Both the position numbers and the translations under genes were made by a program. From Macrostomum lignano (lineage: Eukaryota), in contig NIVC01000800.1 in the NCBI GenBank assembly GCA_002269645.1, positions 124,001-188,000 of the forward strand: 64,000 nucleotides of DNA, in the 5' to 3' direction. Numbering within the stretch: the stretch's first letter is position 1; each line of letters begins with the position of its first letter. The notes under the pieces are model-generated. The model saw nothing but the letters and a program-made list of their open reading frames with translations. It was not told where the DNA came from and searched no databases. Below are positions 11,800-23,294 of the stretch, piece by piece.

Positions 11800-13118
11800 G
11801 GTAGGTAGGCCCTATGGAATTACATTTATGGGTGAGTGTTGAAAATATTTTGAATCTGATTGCAAAGCGAAACTACTAACTGATGAAGTGCCCGGAGAGA
11901 CAGGTCATAACAAGTGACTAGTTTATTTATTAGCATTTTAGAAATACTTCGTGCATGCTGACCCTTTCTACTCTTTTCTTTCAGGTGCCGACGGTTAAAG
12001 TCAGAATTTAATTCTGCGAGGCTGATGATACGAAACATGACCAGACAAACTATGACAATTATTTTCCTTGATTCGGTAAAAGTGAACAAACGTTTCTTTT
12101 TTCTCCCCGATAATTCGCATCCAGTCGCTTTTTGGAAGCGCGCAGCCTTCAACGTAACTATTATGCGATGGAGGAAGGAAATAAATTAAGCCAGAACTCA
12201 ATAACGAACCCTTTCGATTCCTAAAGTGTGGCAGTGGTTATTCAAGCAAATTTCCAAGAAATTATTAATTGTTTGTGCTATTTTATTTCAGGAAACGAAA
12301 CTAATCGGATTTCTTAATTTACAATTTCCAACTCTTGACAAAGCTTTACGCCAAGAGTACATGTATTTTTGAAGGGCTTTTCATGTACATCAGCACTCTG
12401 TGTATGTTCTGTTTCAGATTTAGCGATTACCGCATTAATGAGATGAAAGATTTCAATGAATTGTTGTTAGTTTGGCTAGCCTTTAACCTGCCTAGCTGTC
12501 TGAGGAACCTGTCACAAGCGTACCGATCGAGGCTATGCGTGTGCTGTTTGTTGTTGTTAAACGGGGTGCTAGCGGGGATCAGCCCAAGTGACGTTGGCTC
12601 CACCGCTTGAACAGACAACCTCAAGATTGAATCCCTTCAGTGGGGATCGGAGCCGTTGAAAGATTTGGAAACTCCTGCAGGATTTGTTGTCCTCACTGCA
12701 AAGGCTCATAATTACGAATATTTTCACGGCTTGGCTCCGCTAATCCAAGCTCAGTGGACCCGCAATCTCGGCCAGACACAAGTGAAATTTAACTATCCAT
12801 CAGGCAGGGTCGAACGTGAGCGGACGACACAAAGAGCGAGATCAATGGCGCCATCCGCGGGCACTTGGTCCAGCTCCCGCAAACAGGTGCATGAGAGCCT
12901 TGCCTACACATGTGCTTTACGGCAATATATCACATGTACGAGTATTTACATGCATATTATTACATGCAAGGGCAACTATGAGGATATAGTTAACCCACAG
13001 ACTGCAGCCTGAATTGCCGCACTCATCTCGCAAAAGTACACGGGGTGTCTGGAGTTCTGACACTTAAACCCAGAGATAAAAAGGGAGATTTGGTGTCATT
13101 TTGAAGCGGCGCATTCTT

Positions 13119-13474
13119 TATTATTATTAGAGGCAGGGGGTTGTGTGCACCCTGGCGCACTTTAAGCGACATAGGCACACAACCGGCGAGAGGCATTACT
13201 GCCCATTCCGCCGACTCCCCTGAGCAGGCACACAAGCGCGCGGATACGTACGCAGGCACACACTCACACAGGAGTGTACAGCGGCCCTAACTTTATTTTT
13301 ATCGTTAGGCATGTACACTTCACTGCGCCTTGGGGGGCTCTCAAGGCCGTTAATTGCACGAGCAGAGCCAAGCCGAGATTCTAATTCAGACCCAAATTAA
13401 TGCGACTGCACTTGGAATCGAGCCTGGGTCGCTGGCACACCAGAGCCTGCGCTACCGCTGGGCTACGGCCCCCC
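13119..13474 (-). mobile_element. SINE family A, duplicated copy
   Basis: Same sequence and TSD (13106-13118, 13475-13487) as 6370-6725. Confidence 0.85.
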
Positions 13475-13598
13475 GCGGCGCATTCTTCCTAGTATATTAA
13501 ATCTCGCATATTTTGGTCATTTCATTTAAAATTTGCTTTATAAAGCATCGCAATGTCACTGATAGTCTAGCGAAATTGACAACCTACATAGAAAGTGA

Positions 13599-14049
13599 TG
13601 GTTTGCCCCTCATGGATAAACCTTCTTAACATAGTCGTCACATGTAGCAACTCGCTTCTTCCACCGCTTGAGCATGGATGGCGTCAGTCGCATCGAAATA
13701 GCTTTGGCTTGAAAGACCTTGGGAAAGAATTCATCGGACCTTGTCTTAAAACGGCTCTTCAGCTGCAGAAAAATAAAGAAATCGGCAGGCTCCAGATCCG
13801 TTGAGTGTAGATTTTGAAAATCATCTACTAATTTGCTTTTTGGTTTGATAGCGGCCTACGTTGGTTCACAGACAGTTTCGATCTAGTGCAGTAAATCATG
13901 CCGTTTACCTGATGGGCAAGTTCACGTTCATCTCGTAGTCGTATTACATCAAGGTGCAAAATGCGCTGCACAATGACGCATCCATCGGAAACGACACTAG
14001 ACACATTGGAAATGAAGTTTGTAAGTTGTTTTTTTTAAGCAAACCCCTC
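13599..14049 (-). mobile_element. Mariner relic, duplicated copy
   Basis: Duplicate of 6850-7300. Confidence 0.5.
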
Positions 14050-15203
14050 ACCGTTTTTGAGCACAATTCTTCGCAAAGCAACCGTTTAAGCTATTTCCGG
14101 CTCAGCTGGACCAAGAGTGGCAATTCTATTCTCCCATAACTCCTTTTTTCCCAGCCTTCTCCGACTGTAGCTTAGCCAGGGATAGCATTCAATTGCCAGC
14201 CAGCAGACCATGCAAAACAATGAAACCTTCGAGGTCATTCTGTCTGGCAAGCTGCGAGCTACTCCGAGCGACTCTTCGAGGTCATTCTGTCTGGAAAGTA
14301 ATAACATGCGAGGACATACTGGAGTTTGAAAAAATTAATTTCTTAACTTTCAGCGTCTACTAAAGGAGCTTAGAATAAGTAAACAAGAGCGTTTGTCTTC
14401 TTTCTGCCCCTGCCTCTCGGTCTGCCAGTCTGTCTTCTGTATGCTTCGCATTGGAAGGCTCAAGTCATAAAGTGAGGGAGGTCCAATGTCTTGAAGAATA
14501 CAAAATCGATGCTTTGAGACAAGAGACGGTGCGCGCACCAGTGGGCTGCACTGCAAGTCTGCAACAAATTGGCTCCTAGAAGCAACACACTATAGCTACG
14601 CCCCCCGCATATTTTTATTGCTTCTTCCGTTCTTCATTCACTCCTGTGAATTCCGAAACTGCAAAATAAAGAGCTGAAGGCAGTTTTTTTTTTAGATCTA
14701 AACAAATATACGAGTAACGTAAAGTCTCGACAACAACAGTGCCGTTCGGTTTTGATGAAGCTAAAACAACAAAGTCTATTTTTTATTTAAATTCGTCAAC
14801 GTATTTTGTTTTACTAATGTTTCTATCTGAAAGGAGCATATCGCACACTGTAACACAAAGTTTCATAGAATATTCCAAATTCCAAGGACAAAGTTGCTGA
14901 CAGTTTAAGTGCTACTTCTAAGCATTTAGTGAGTAAAAATGAAAACTGTGTTCAAAACTCACGCTAACTAATAAACTAATAAATAAACGAAGTTTCATTT
15001 TCTAAACGAATATTGTCCAGACCTACATATATATAAGCTATGCTTCACTCTAACAGTAGCAAACTAAACTGAACAGGGGTTAGTAGGAACAACGGGACTC
15101 GCACACGCGCACAAATGTGCAATGAAAGTGCAACTTACAGTACGCGGCTATCAGTTCGCTAGTGAACTTTATCGAACAATCAGTTAATCAAACTCGATGG
15201 GGT

Positions 15204-15467
15204 TCAATAAGCCCGAATCTTCGGCGGCACTGTCGGGCAGTCCTTCTGGTCGAGGGTCTTGTCAATGACCGGCCGGTACTTGAGCGTCACCTTGCCGGTG
15301 GCCTCGTCCATGAAGCACAGCGTGTGCTTGCGCCAGTGCTGCTCGAACGGCCGCTTGGTCTGGCCATCGGTCGGCTTGGTGTAGTCGAACTCGTCGATTC
15401 GATCTTTGAAGTCTTCGCGGGCGTGGGCGCCGCGCGACTCATTGCGGGCCTCGGCAGCGTACACAGT
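15204..15467 (-). CDS. SDHA: SDHA exon 4 (terminal)
   Basis: caacgcag|ACT-GTG start; [16 protein letters not shown] motif and C-terminal ...[11 protein letters not shown]. Spliced CDS is 1935 nt = 644 aa + stop. Confidence 0.96.
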   Translation of the reverse strand, partial: TVYAAEARNESRGAHAREDFKDRIDEFDYTKPTDGQTKRPFEQHWRKHTLCFMDEATGKVTLKYRPVIDKTLDQKDCPTVPPKIRAY

Positions 15468-15648
15468 CTGCGTTGAGATGGCGGGAGCGGCTGGGTTTCA
15501 CGGTTGAGATTAGATTTAATTGCGGGGGGGGGGCAGGTAAGATTAGAGATAAAAGGTGCGATGATATTTAGGGGTGACATAAGAGTCGAAAGATGAAACC
15601 TGGATGCGAAGTCTGAGAAGAGATTCTAAGGGAAGGAGAAGGGCTTAC

Positions 15649-16125
15649 CTGTCCAGCATTGAGCATCAGATTCTGCAGCTCCAGCGTCTCAACCAGATCG
15701 GAGTTCCAAATCAGGCTGCGGTCGGTGACCTTCAGATCGGCCATCCGTTTGTAGATCGCGTCGAACTCCTGGCAGCCGCGCTTCAGGGTGGGGCCGTCGC
15801 GGAACACGGCGGCGTTGCTCTGCATGGCCTTCTGCAGGTCCAGCCGCAGCTGCGCCGTTGGGGTGTCGCCTTTGGCGTTGCGCAGCCGGTCGATGTTGGC
15901 TACGGAGGCCTCACCGGAGTCGGAGCGGAGGGGCGCCTGCTTCTCCCCAGGCCGGTTCTCCTTGGCGATGGTGTGCGCGCAGGCGCGGCCGAACACGACC
16001 AGATCCAGCAGAGAGTTGGCGCCGAGGCGGTTGGCGCCGTGCACCGACACGCAGGCGGCCTCGCCAGCGGCGTACAGGCCGGGGATCACCACGTCGGAGC
16101 CTTTCTGGGCATCGTAGGTGATGGC
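15649..16125 (-). CDS. SDHA: SDHA exon 3
   Basis: cccgcag|GCC-ATC start; GLYAAGEAACVSVHGANRLGANSLLDLVVFGR motif; 477 nt, ends CAG|GTAAGC. Confidence 0.96.
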
Positions 16126-16142
16126 CTGCGGGAGGGGGACAG

Positions 16143-17330
16143 GAGACTGGCTATGAATCTAATGAGACTGGCTATCAATCTAATGAGACTGGCTATCAAT
16201 CTAATGAGACTGGCTATCAATCTCATGAGACTGGCTATCAATCTCATGAGACTGGCTATCAATCTAATGAGACTGGCTATCAATCTAATGAGACTAGTTA
16301 TCAATCTAATGAGACTGGCTATGAATCTAATGAGACTGGCTATGAATCTAATGAGACTGGCTATGAATCTAATGAGACTGGCTATCAATCTAATGAGACT
16401 GGCTATCAATCTAATGAGACTGGCTTTCAATCTAATGAGACTGGCTATCAATCTAATGAGACTGGCTATCAATCTAATGAGACTGGCTATCAATCTAATG
16501 AGACTGGCTATCAATCTAATGAGACTGGCTATCAATCTAATGAGACTGGCTATCAATCTAATGAGACTGGCTATCAATCTAATGAGACTGGCTATGAATC
16601 TAATGAGACTGGCTATGAATCTAATGAGACTGGCTATCAATCTAATGAGACTGGCTATCAATCTAATGAGACTGGCTATCAATCTAATGAGACTAGTTAT
16701 CAATCTAATGAGACTGGCTATCAATCTAATGAGACTGGCTATCAATCTAATGAGACTAGTTATCAATCTAATGAGACTAGTTATCAATCTAATGAGACTG
16801 GCTATCAATCTAATGAGACTGGCTATGAATCTAATGAGACTAGTTATCAATCTAATGAGACTGGCTATGAATCTAATGAGACTGGCTATCAATCTAATGA
16901 GACTGGCTATCAATCTAATGAGACTGGCTATCAATCTAATGAGACTGGCTATCAATCTAATGAGACTGGCTATCAATCTAATGAGACTGGCTATCAATCT
17001 AATGAGACTGGCTATCAATCTAATGAGACTGGCTATCAATCTCATGAGACTGGCTATCAATCTAATGAGACTGGCTATCAATCTAATGAGACTGGCTATC
17101 AATCTAATGAGACTGGCTATCAATCTAATGAGACTGGCTATCAATCTAATGAGACTGGCTATCAATCTAATGAGACTGGCTATCAATCTAATGAGACTGG
17201 CTATGAATCTAATGAGACTGGCTATCAATCTAATGAGACTGGCTATCAATCTAATGAGACTGGCTATGAATCTAATGAGACTGGCTATCAATCTAATGAG
17301 ACTGGCTATCAATCTAATGAGACTGGCTAT
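16143..17330. repeat. 21-bp minisatellite, about 56 units, filling SDHA intron 2
   Basis: Direct reading; 1188 of the 1231 intron bases. Confidence 0.98.
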
Positions 17331-17356
17331 TCGAATAATCATGGGGCGCAACTCGC

Positions 17357-17846
17357 CTGGCCCTGCCAGTTGGTGGGCACGCCGCCCATGTTGTAGTGCA
17401 CAGTGGGCAGCACAGGGATCGGCTCCCGGGTCACGTCCACCCCGGCAAAGATGTGGGCGGTCTCGGAGATGCCCGGCAGGCGGCTGCGCAGCTGTTCAGG
17501 CGGCAGGTGGTGCAGCTGCAGGAAGATGTGGTCCTTGTCCTTGCCAACTCCGCGGCCCTCGCGAATCTCGATGGTCATGGCGCGAGACACCACGTCGCGG
17601 CTGGCCAGGTCCTTGGCAACAGGAGCGTAGCGCTCCATGAACCTTTCGCCCTCGCTATTAACCAAGTAGCCGCCTTCGCCGCGGCAGCCCTCGGTGATGA
17701 GGCAGCCTGCTCCATAGATGCCAGTAGGATGGAACTGGACAAATTCCAAGTCCTGGTTGGGCAGGCCAGCGCGGCTGACCATGGCAGTGCCATCGCCAGT
17801 GCAGGTGTGCGCTGAGGTGCACGAGAAGTAGCACCGACCATAGCCT
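17357..17846 (-). CDS. SDHA: SDHA exon 2
   Basis: ctgcag|A-GGC-TAT restores the frame ([20 protein letters not shown]...QFHPTG...[12 protein letters not shown]). 490 nt, ends CAG|GCGAGT (GC donor). Confidence 0.95.
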
Positions 17847-18977
17847 CTGCAGTTCAGGTGGAAAGTAAATGACTGCTTTGTCTTAGGAGTACAAGTTTTT
17901 ATTCCAACTGAACCTTATATTTAACCATTTCCTACTTATATATCTGATAGTAGTCTGAAGTGAGTATTAAGTCAGTTAAATTTAGCAGCTTCACCCTCCA
18001 TTGTTGGGAAGAAAAAAGCATGAAATTAAGTTTTAAAAGCAACCTATAGCTAGCTAATTCTTTGCTACAGGCACTTAGTGCACTAGATTGATGAGCCTTA
18101 GTGAACCAATCAATTTAATTTTTTATTAGATAAGATTGCCATCTATAAAAATACCCCTTGGCAATAAACTAAGTAATGAAATAATAAAAATCGAACAATT
18201 AGTAGCAAACCTAGTTTTAATGAGTCTATAGTAAAAAGTAAATAATATTTAAAAAAATAATATTGACTGATTTATTGAGATTTTAGTTATAAAAAGCATA
18301 AGCTATCAGAGTTACATTATATCAAATAGAAAATAAACTAAGGATTGACCAACTATGATTTTTTCATGCATGATTGGAACTAGACCATGTGTGAAACCAT
18401 GTGTGACTATGAATTTTTTACATTTTATTTGAACACAGAACTATGTATTAATATTATTGTCTAATAATTTTTTTTGATTTTTAAGATTTTATGATTATAA
18501 GTTATGAAAGATTGGGAAAGAATTCAATCAAAGCAATGTTTATATATGCAAGCAATAAAGTTCACAAGTTCATAGTTTATAAGTAAGAAGCTATTACATT
18601 TACATTATCCTTATTATAAATTAAAATTGATTAAAATCATTTGCTTATATAACTATTAATTATATACTTAATTATAAAGAATCTAGACCATATATTTCTA
18701 GTTTTAGTTAGTCTAGATTTGCTAATTATAAGAAAAATAAAATATTTAATACTCAATGTTACATATATGGTATATTAATATTTTTATAAATTATTGTAAA
18801 TATCCATTAATTAAACTTTTTAAATATTTAATAACTTTATATAGGCCTAATTTGGTTTCAAAGCTAAGAGAAGGCCAAAAAATATCGAAACTTTTACTGT
18901 GTATAAGCCAAAGGTAAAATTCCAAAGTCAAGTCAAACGTAATAAACAATAATGACTAGTATCAATTCAATACTCAC

Positions 18978-19681
18978 CCAGTAGCCAAAACAGTATTCTT
19001 TGATTGAAACCTATGAATTGTGCCATCTTCCAAATTCAAGGCAATGACACCTTTGCAGATTCCATCTTCATAGATAATGTCCAGAGCAAAATACTCAACA
19101 AAATAGTCGCAGCCATACTTCAATGACCTGCCATACAAGGTATGCAGCATTGAATGTCCAGTTCGATCTGCCACTGCACAGCAACGATGGGCCTGGCCTC
19201 CTTGGCCATAGTTGATGCTCTGACCACCAAAAGCACGCTGGTAAATCCGGCCATTTTCTAAACGACTAAATGGCATACCATAGTTTTCCAGCTCGATCAC
19301 AGCCTTGGGCGCCTGCTCGCACATGTAGTGAATAGCATCTTGGTCACCTAGCCAGTCAGAACCCTTCACCGTATCATACATGTGGAATCGCCAGTCATCA
19401 GCCTCCATGTTTCCCAGTGCGGCATTGATTCCACCCTGCGCTGCAACAGTATGGGATCGAGTAGGAAACAGCTTTGTTACGCATGCTGTCTTGAATCCTT
19501 CATTAGCGAGTCCGAAAGCAGCACGCAAACCAGCGCCACCAGCTCCAACGACTACAGCATCATAGACATGGTCAATGACAGGATATTGCGATGTTATTGA
19601 ACTGGTAGTTGCATTGCGATGCAAGCGCTGGTTAAAACCAACGATATTTCTCAGTCTTGAAATTCGCCCTAATTTTAACAT
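18978..19681 (-). CDS. SDHA: Succinate dehydrogenase flavoprotein subunit, exon 1 (transit peptide + FAD-binding N-terminus)
   Basis: ORF with GAGGAG dinucleotide-binding motif and [12 protein letters not shown] covalent-FAD His motif. Ends ...TVLAT-GG|GTGAGT (phase 2 donor at 18977). Confidence 0.97.
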
Positions 19682-20719
19682 TTTCTACTTGATAGGCGTA
19701 TTGCCAATAAAAGTACACAACCTGTTTTAGAATAACGAAAACCAAGTAATTTTTGAAGGGCAAATGTGTGTACGGTAAAAATAAACCTATTTCAAAATAT
19801 AGTCAAACTTTAATTTAAACGTAAAAGTGACTTTAAAAAAAATTAAGAACATAATATTACCACCTAACTGTTCTTCGTTATACAAACACTGAATTTTTTA
19901 GCCTATTAGTATTAATGCTTAGTTATACTGAAAACTTGCCGAGTTTATACTTTTCAGAGGGAAATAAGAAAAACAATTAATATTAAAAAATAACAATTTT
20001 TTAGTTTCTAGGAGCTAGTTTCCAGTCAATGCAGCTCTGAATCAGTCACTTCTAGAGCTGATGTGTAAATTAGTATCAATTCAAAAAACTTTCCAGGACG
20101 GAGACGCAAATCTGGCGGAGAACGCTCATCGAAAATCAGCTAACATACCCAACCCTGAAGTGAGTATTCCTTCACTTCAACCCTCTCGATTGGGACCAGA
20201 CCCTGAAAAGTATCTTGAGGCCTAATTTATTAAGACTACAGCTAATACAAGCATAAAGACAAGACGACTAAATACTAAGGGACTACAAAAATAGAAGGAT
20301 GCAATTACACTCAAAATCTATGGAAATTGTAATTGACGGCCACTTTTCTAAACAATGTCACTTTTGAATGGATGCACGTGGAAATTTCTTTTTTTCGCTG
20401 AGACCTTCGAAATTTATTCCCCTTTAAGATAAAATAGCATTCGCGGATTTGACTTAACTTTTTTTAAATTTCACTTTTCTTAAGGCAACCCATTTATTCA
20501 TCAACAAATATATATGCCTTTACTATCTAAAACTAGTTACGAGCCTTAAACTCCATTTCTAACTCTTCGAAGGGTTTAATTAGCCGTGTAGAATGTTTAA
20601 ACAATATAACGAAATTTAAATTGAAAAGCGGTAGTATCCAGCAAAATATTTATCTAAAGTGGCCTTCAAAACTTTTTTTCCGTGAAAAGTGAGTGTCGCG
20701 TCCTGTATATACATGTATG

Positions 20720-21340
20720 TTGCTTTAGAGCCTCGCACCATGTCGCGAATGAACGTCACGCATCTGCGGCGCTGGCATCAGACAGCAGGCAGTCGACAAA
20801 ACGCCAAGTGCAGCGGATCTGCCCCCACCGGTAGGGTGCCTGCAGCGTCAGCAGCAGTACCTCCTGCACCCAGTTGCGGGGAGTACGTCTTGGCACGGAT
20901 GATGTGTCCTGCCAGCTGGAGTTGCCGACGGCGCAGCAGTTCGCTTGGACGGACCAGTCCGGTGCGGTGATACAATGCCGCGTTTGTCACTCGCTCGTAG
21001 CCGATCTTGAAGGCGGCGCGCAGCAGGCCAGCGTGCGCGACGTCAACTTGTTGCTCGAGCGAATCTGTCAGCGTCCAGGTCTCGGCGTTGTACCACAGGA
21101 CAGTCTATCGAACACTGCCAGTGACAATGCCGCCTTCTGGCGGTCAGGTAGTGTCTCGGACTGCAGGACTACCCTGGCAGAACAGAAGGCAGCCCAGGCA
21201 AGCCCGCGCGGCGATGCCGCAAATCTTTGCGACGCCAGGAACCAGACCGCTCGCTACTCTGAGTGAAAAGTCGACTTCAAAGCCAAAAGCTGTCAGACCA
21301 AGCGATCATTGGGTACTGAGAAGCCCAGTTACATGTACTT
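20720..21340 (-). mobile_element. Non-LTR retrotransposon (RTE-like LINE) reverse transcriptase 3' fragment, frameshifted
   Basis: VLWYNAETWTLTDSLEQQVDVAHAGLLRAAF...VTNAALYHRTGLVRPSELLRRRQLQLAGHIIR matches the LLYxxETWTL...RRRRLRLAGH post-RT region of RTE/L2-type LINEs. Confidence 0.85.
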
Positions 21341-22650
21341 GACTGCAGATTTACTCAAGGCTGCAAAATCCAATGACCAAAATTTAAATTTACAATAAGT
21401 ATTGAAGTGCTGGATTGCTATTGTGAAGCTTCAAAGGTCCCGAGGCTCGCGATGGAGAGGGTCGCAGTTTGCCGACACCTGATGTTACAGGGTACATGTA
21501 CAATGCATGCACAACTGTACAATGAGTGTACATCTACATTCTGCACTGACCAATTGATCGTGCAATTTGAGTTCTTCTTAATTACACTTGGATTCTTACG
21601 CTGTATTGATTTGATTCTTTAGCTTTTTTCAGATTTTTCTTCGGTATTCAAAATGCATGTAAGACGCATCTCGTACGCCTTGTATGTTTGGCTTTAATGT
21701 CATCGAGCTCATTAATCATGCTTTATGATAAACAGAGAACTACGGGGTATGGCAAGGCTAAAGTTTCCGTATCAAAGCAGCCAACTGCATGCAATGCTGT
21801 TGAGCCGTAATCAAGCAGTCCTCAGACGTATCGTTTGACTCAATGACAAATAAAAATAATTGATTGCATGAGGGAAACTCACAATTGATAAATAGCTGTA
21901 GACAACTCGCTGCTTGAATATCGTTGGAGGAAAATGACGAGTTGTCGGACGAATGTCGTGTTCGGGGCGCAAAGCAACTTGCACTTTTATGGACACATTT
22001 TGAAATCCATCGACCATAAAATTCCTCTTGACTATATGGATCGAAGGAGAACCAACAGCACGTCCACGGCAGGGAAAATGGTAACAGTGATTTCAAGTTT
22101 CAAGCTCATTTGGATATTCTTGTCGTTAACAGTAAACTCAGCCCGGAAACTTTTGCAATATCCCTCGTACATCTCAACTCAGAAGGGATCAGCTTCACAA
22201 AGGATCTAAAAACCATTCGAACTCAAAATGATGCACCCAATTATATTTAGACTGGGGCAGACCACAGCCAAGGGTATTTTGTTATTGCGACGGTTAAAAG
22301 TGCATCCCAAGGAAGCGACGCGCAGACACGGTTTAAAGGACGGACGGGATATGATATACGACTCTCACACAGCAAACGGCCTGCATGCTCCCTGAGGTTG
22401 ACCTCATACGCGTGCATGTATTGCTGGTTCCAGAAGGGCTAATTGTACAGTTTTTGACTTATCGTCCCATGCAGCAGCTGACAGAAAATTGGCTGCATTT
22501 TGGAAGCCGAGTTCGGGTCTGCTTTGGAGAGGATGTTCAGGCCACGAAGAGAATATATCAGCTAAATGTGGGTTTCAGTTTTTTAGCAGTTGTAAATTGA
22601 TTATGCTCCCTTAGAATGACATAGTAGAAATATACTTCGTAGTACTTGTA

Positions 22651-23294
22651 GAGTTGCTGAGATGCCAAGGATCACAGGGGAGTTGCTGAGACGCCAAGGC
22701 TCACAGGGGAGTTGCTGAGATGCCAAAGCTCACAGGGGAGTTGCTGAGATGCCAAGGCTCACAAGGGAGTTGCTGAGATGCCAAGGCTCACAAGGGAGTT
22801 GCTGAGATGCCAAGGCTCACAAGGGAGTTGCTGAGATGCCAAGGCTCACAGGGAGTTGCTGAGATGCCAAGGCTCACAAGGGAGTTGCTGAGATGCCAAG
22901 GCTCACAAGGGAGTTGCTGAGATGCCAAGGCTCACAGGGGAGTTGCTGAGATGCCAAGGCTCACAAGGGAGTTGCTGAGATGCCAAGGCTCACAGGGGAG
23001 TTGCTGAGATGCCAAGGCTCACAAGGGAGTTGCTGAGATGCCAAGGCTCACAAGGGAGTTGCTGAGATGCCAAGGCTCACAGGGAGTTGCTGAGATGCCA
23101 AGGCTCACAAGGGAGTTGCTGAGATGCCAAGGCTCACAGGGGAGTTGCTGAGATGCCAAGGCTCACAGGGAGTTGCTGAGATGCCAAGGCTCACAGGGAG
23201 TTGCTGAGATGCCAAGGCTCACAGGGGAGTTGCTGAGATGCCAAGGCTCACAGGGAGTTGCTGAGATGCCAAGGCTCACAGGGGAGTTGCTGAG
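22651..23294. repeat. About 30-bp minisatellite GAGTTGCTGAGATGCCAAGGCTCACA(A/G)GG, about 21 units
   Basis: Direct reading. Confidence 0.97.

Larger units (their letters stand above)
1..16280. repeat. Tandem segmental duplication: units 1-7474 and 7475-14223, plus a partial third copy running into the intact SDHA gene
   Basis: Identical ORFs recur at offsets 7474 and 6749 (e.g. 127/7601/14350). The unit-length difference of 725 is almost all due to 5 fewer 145-bp units. Confidence 0.95.

Noticed and set aside
15604-17640. 678-aa plus-strand ORF and other ORFs antisense to SDHA, mago, GPCR and DUF3472
   Set aside because: Shadows of GC-rich codon usage plus 21-bp repeat read-through.
21760-22050. 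Penelope GIY-YIG endonuclease relic (…PTTRH…RLRTA…ALIRKL)
   Set aside because: Only scattered words across frames; cannot be supported without a profile search.
22385-22560. Gypsy gag-like fragment (AAAWDDKSKTVQLALL, minus strand)
   Set aside because: Too short and interrupted; no LTR or pol nearby.
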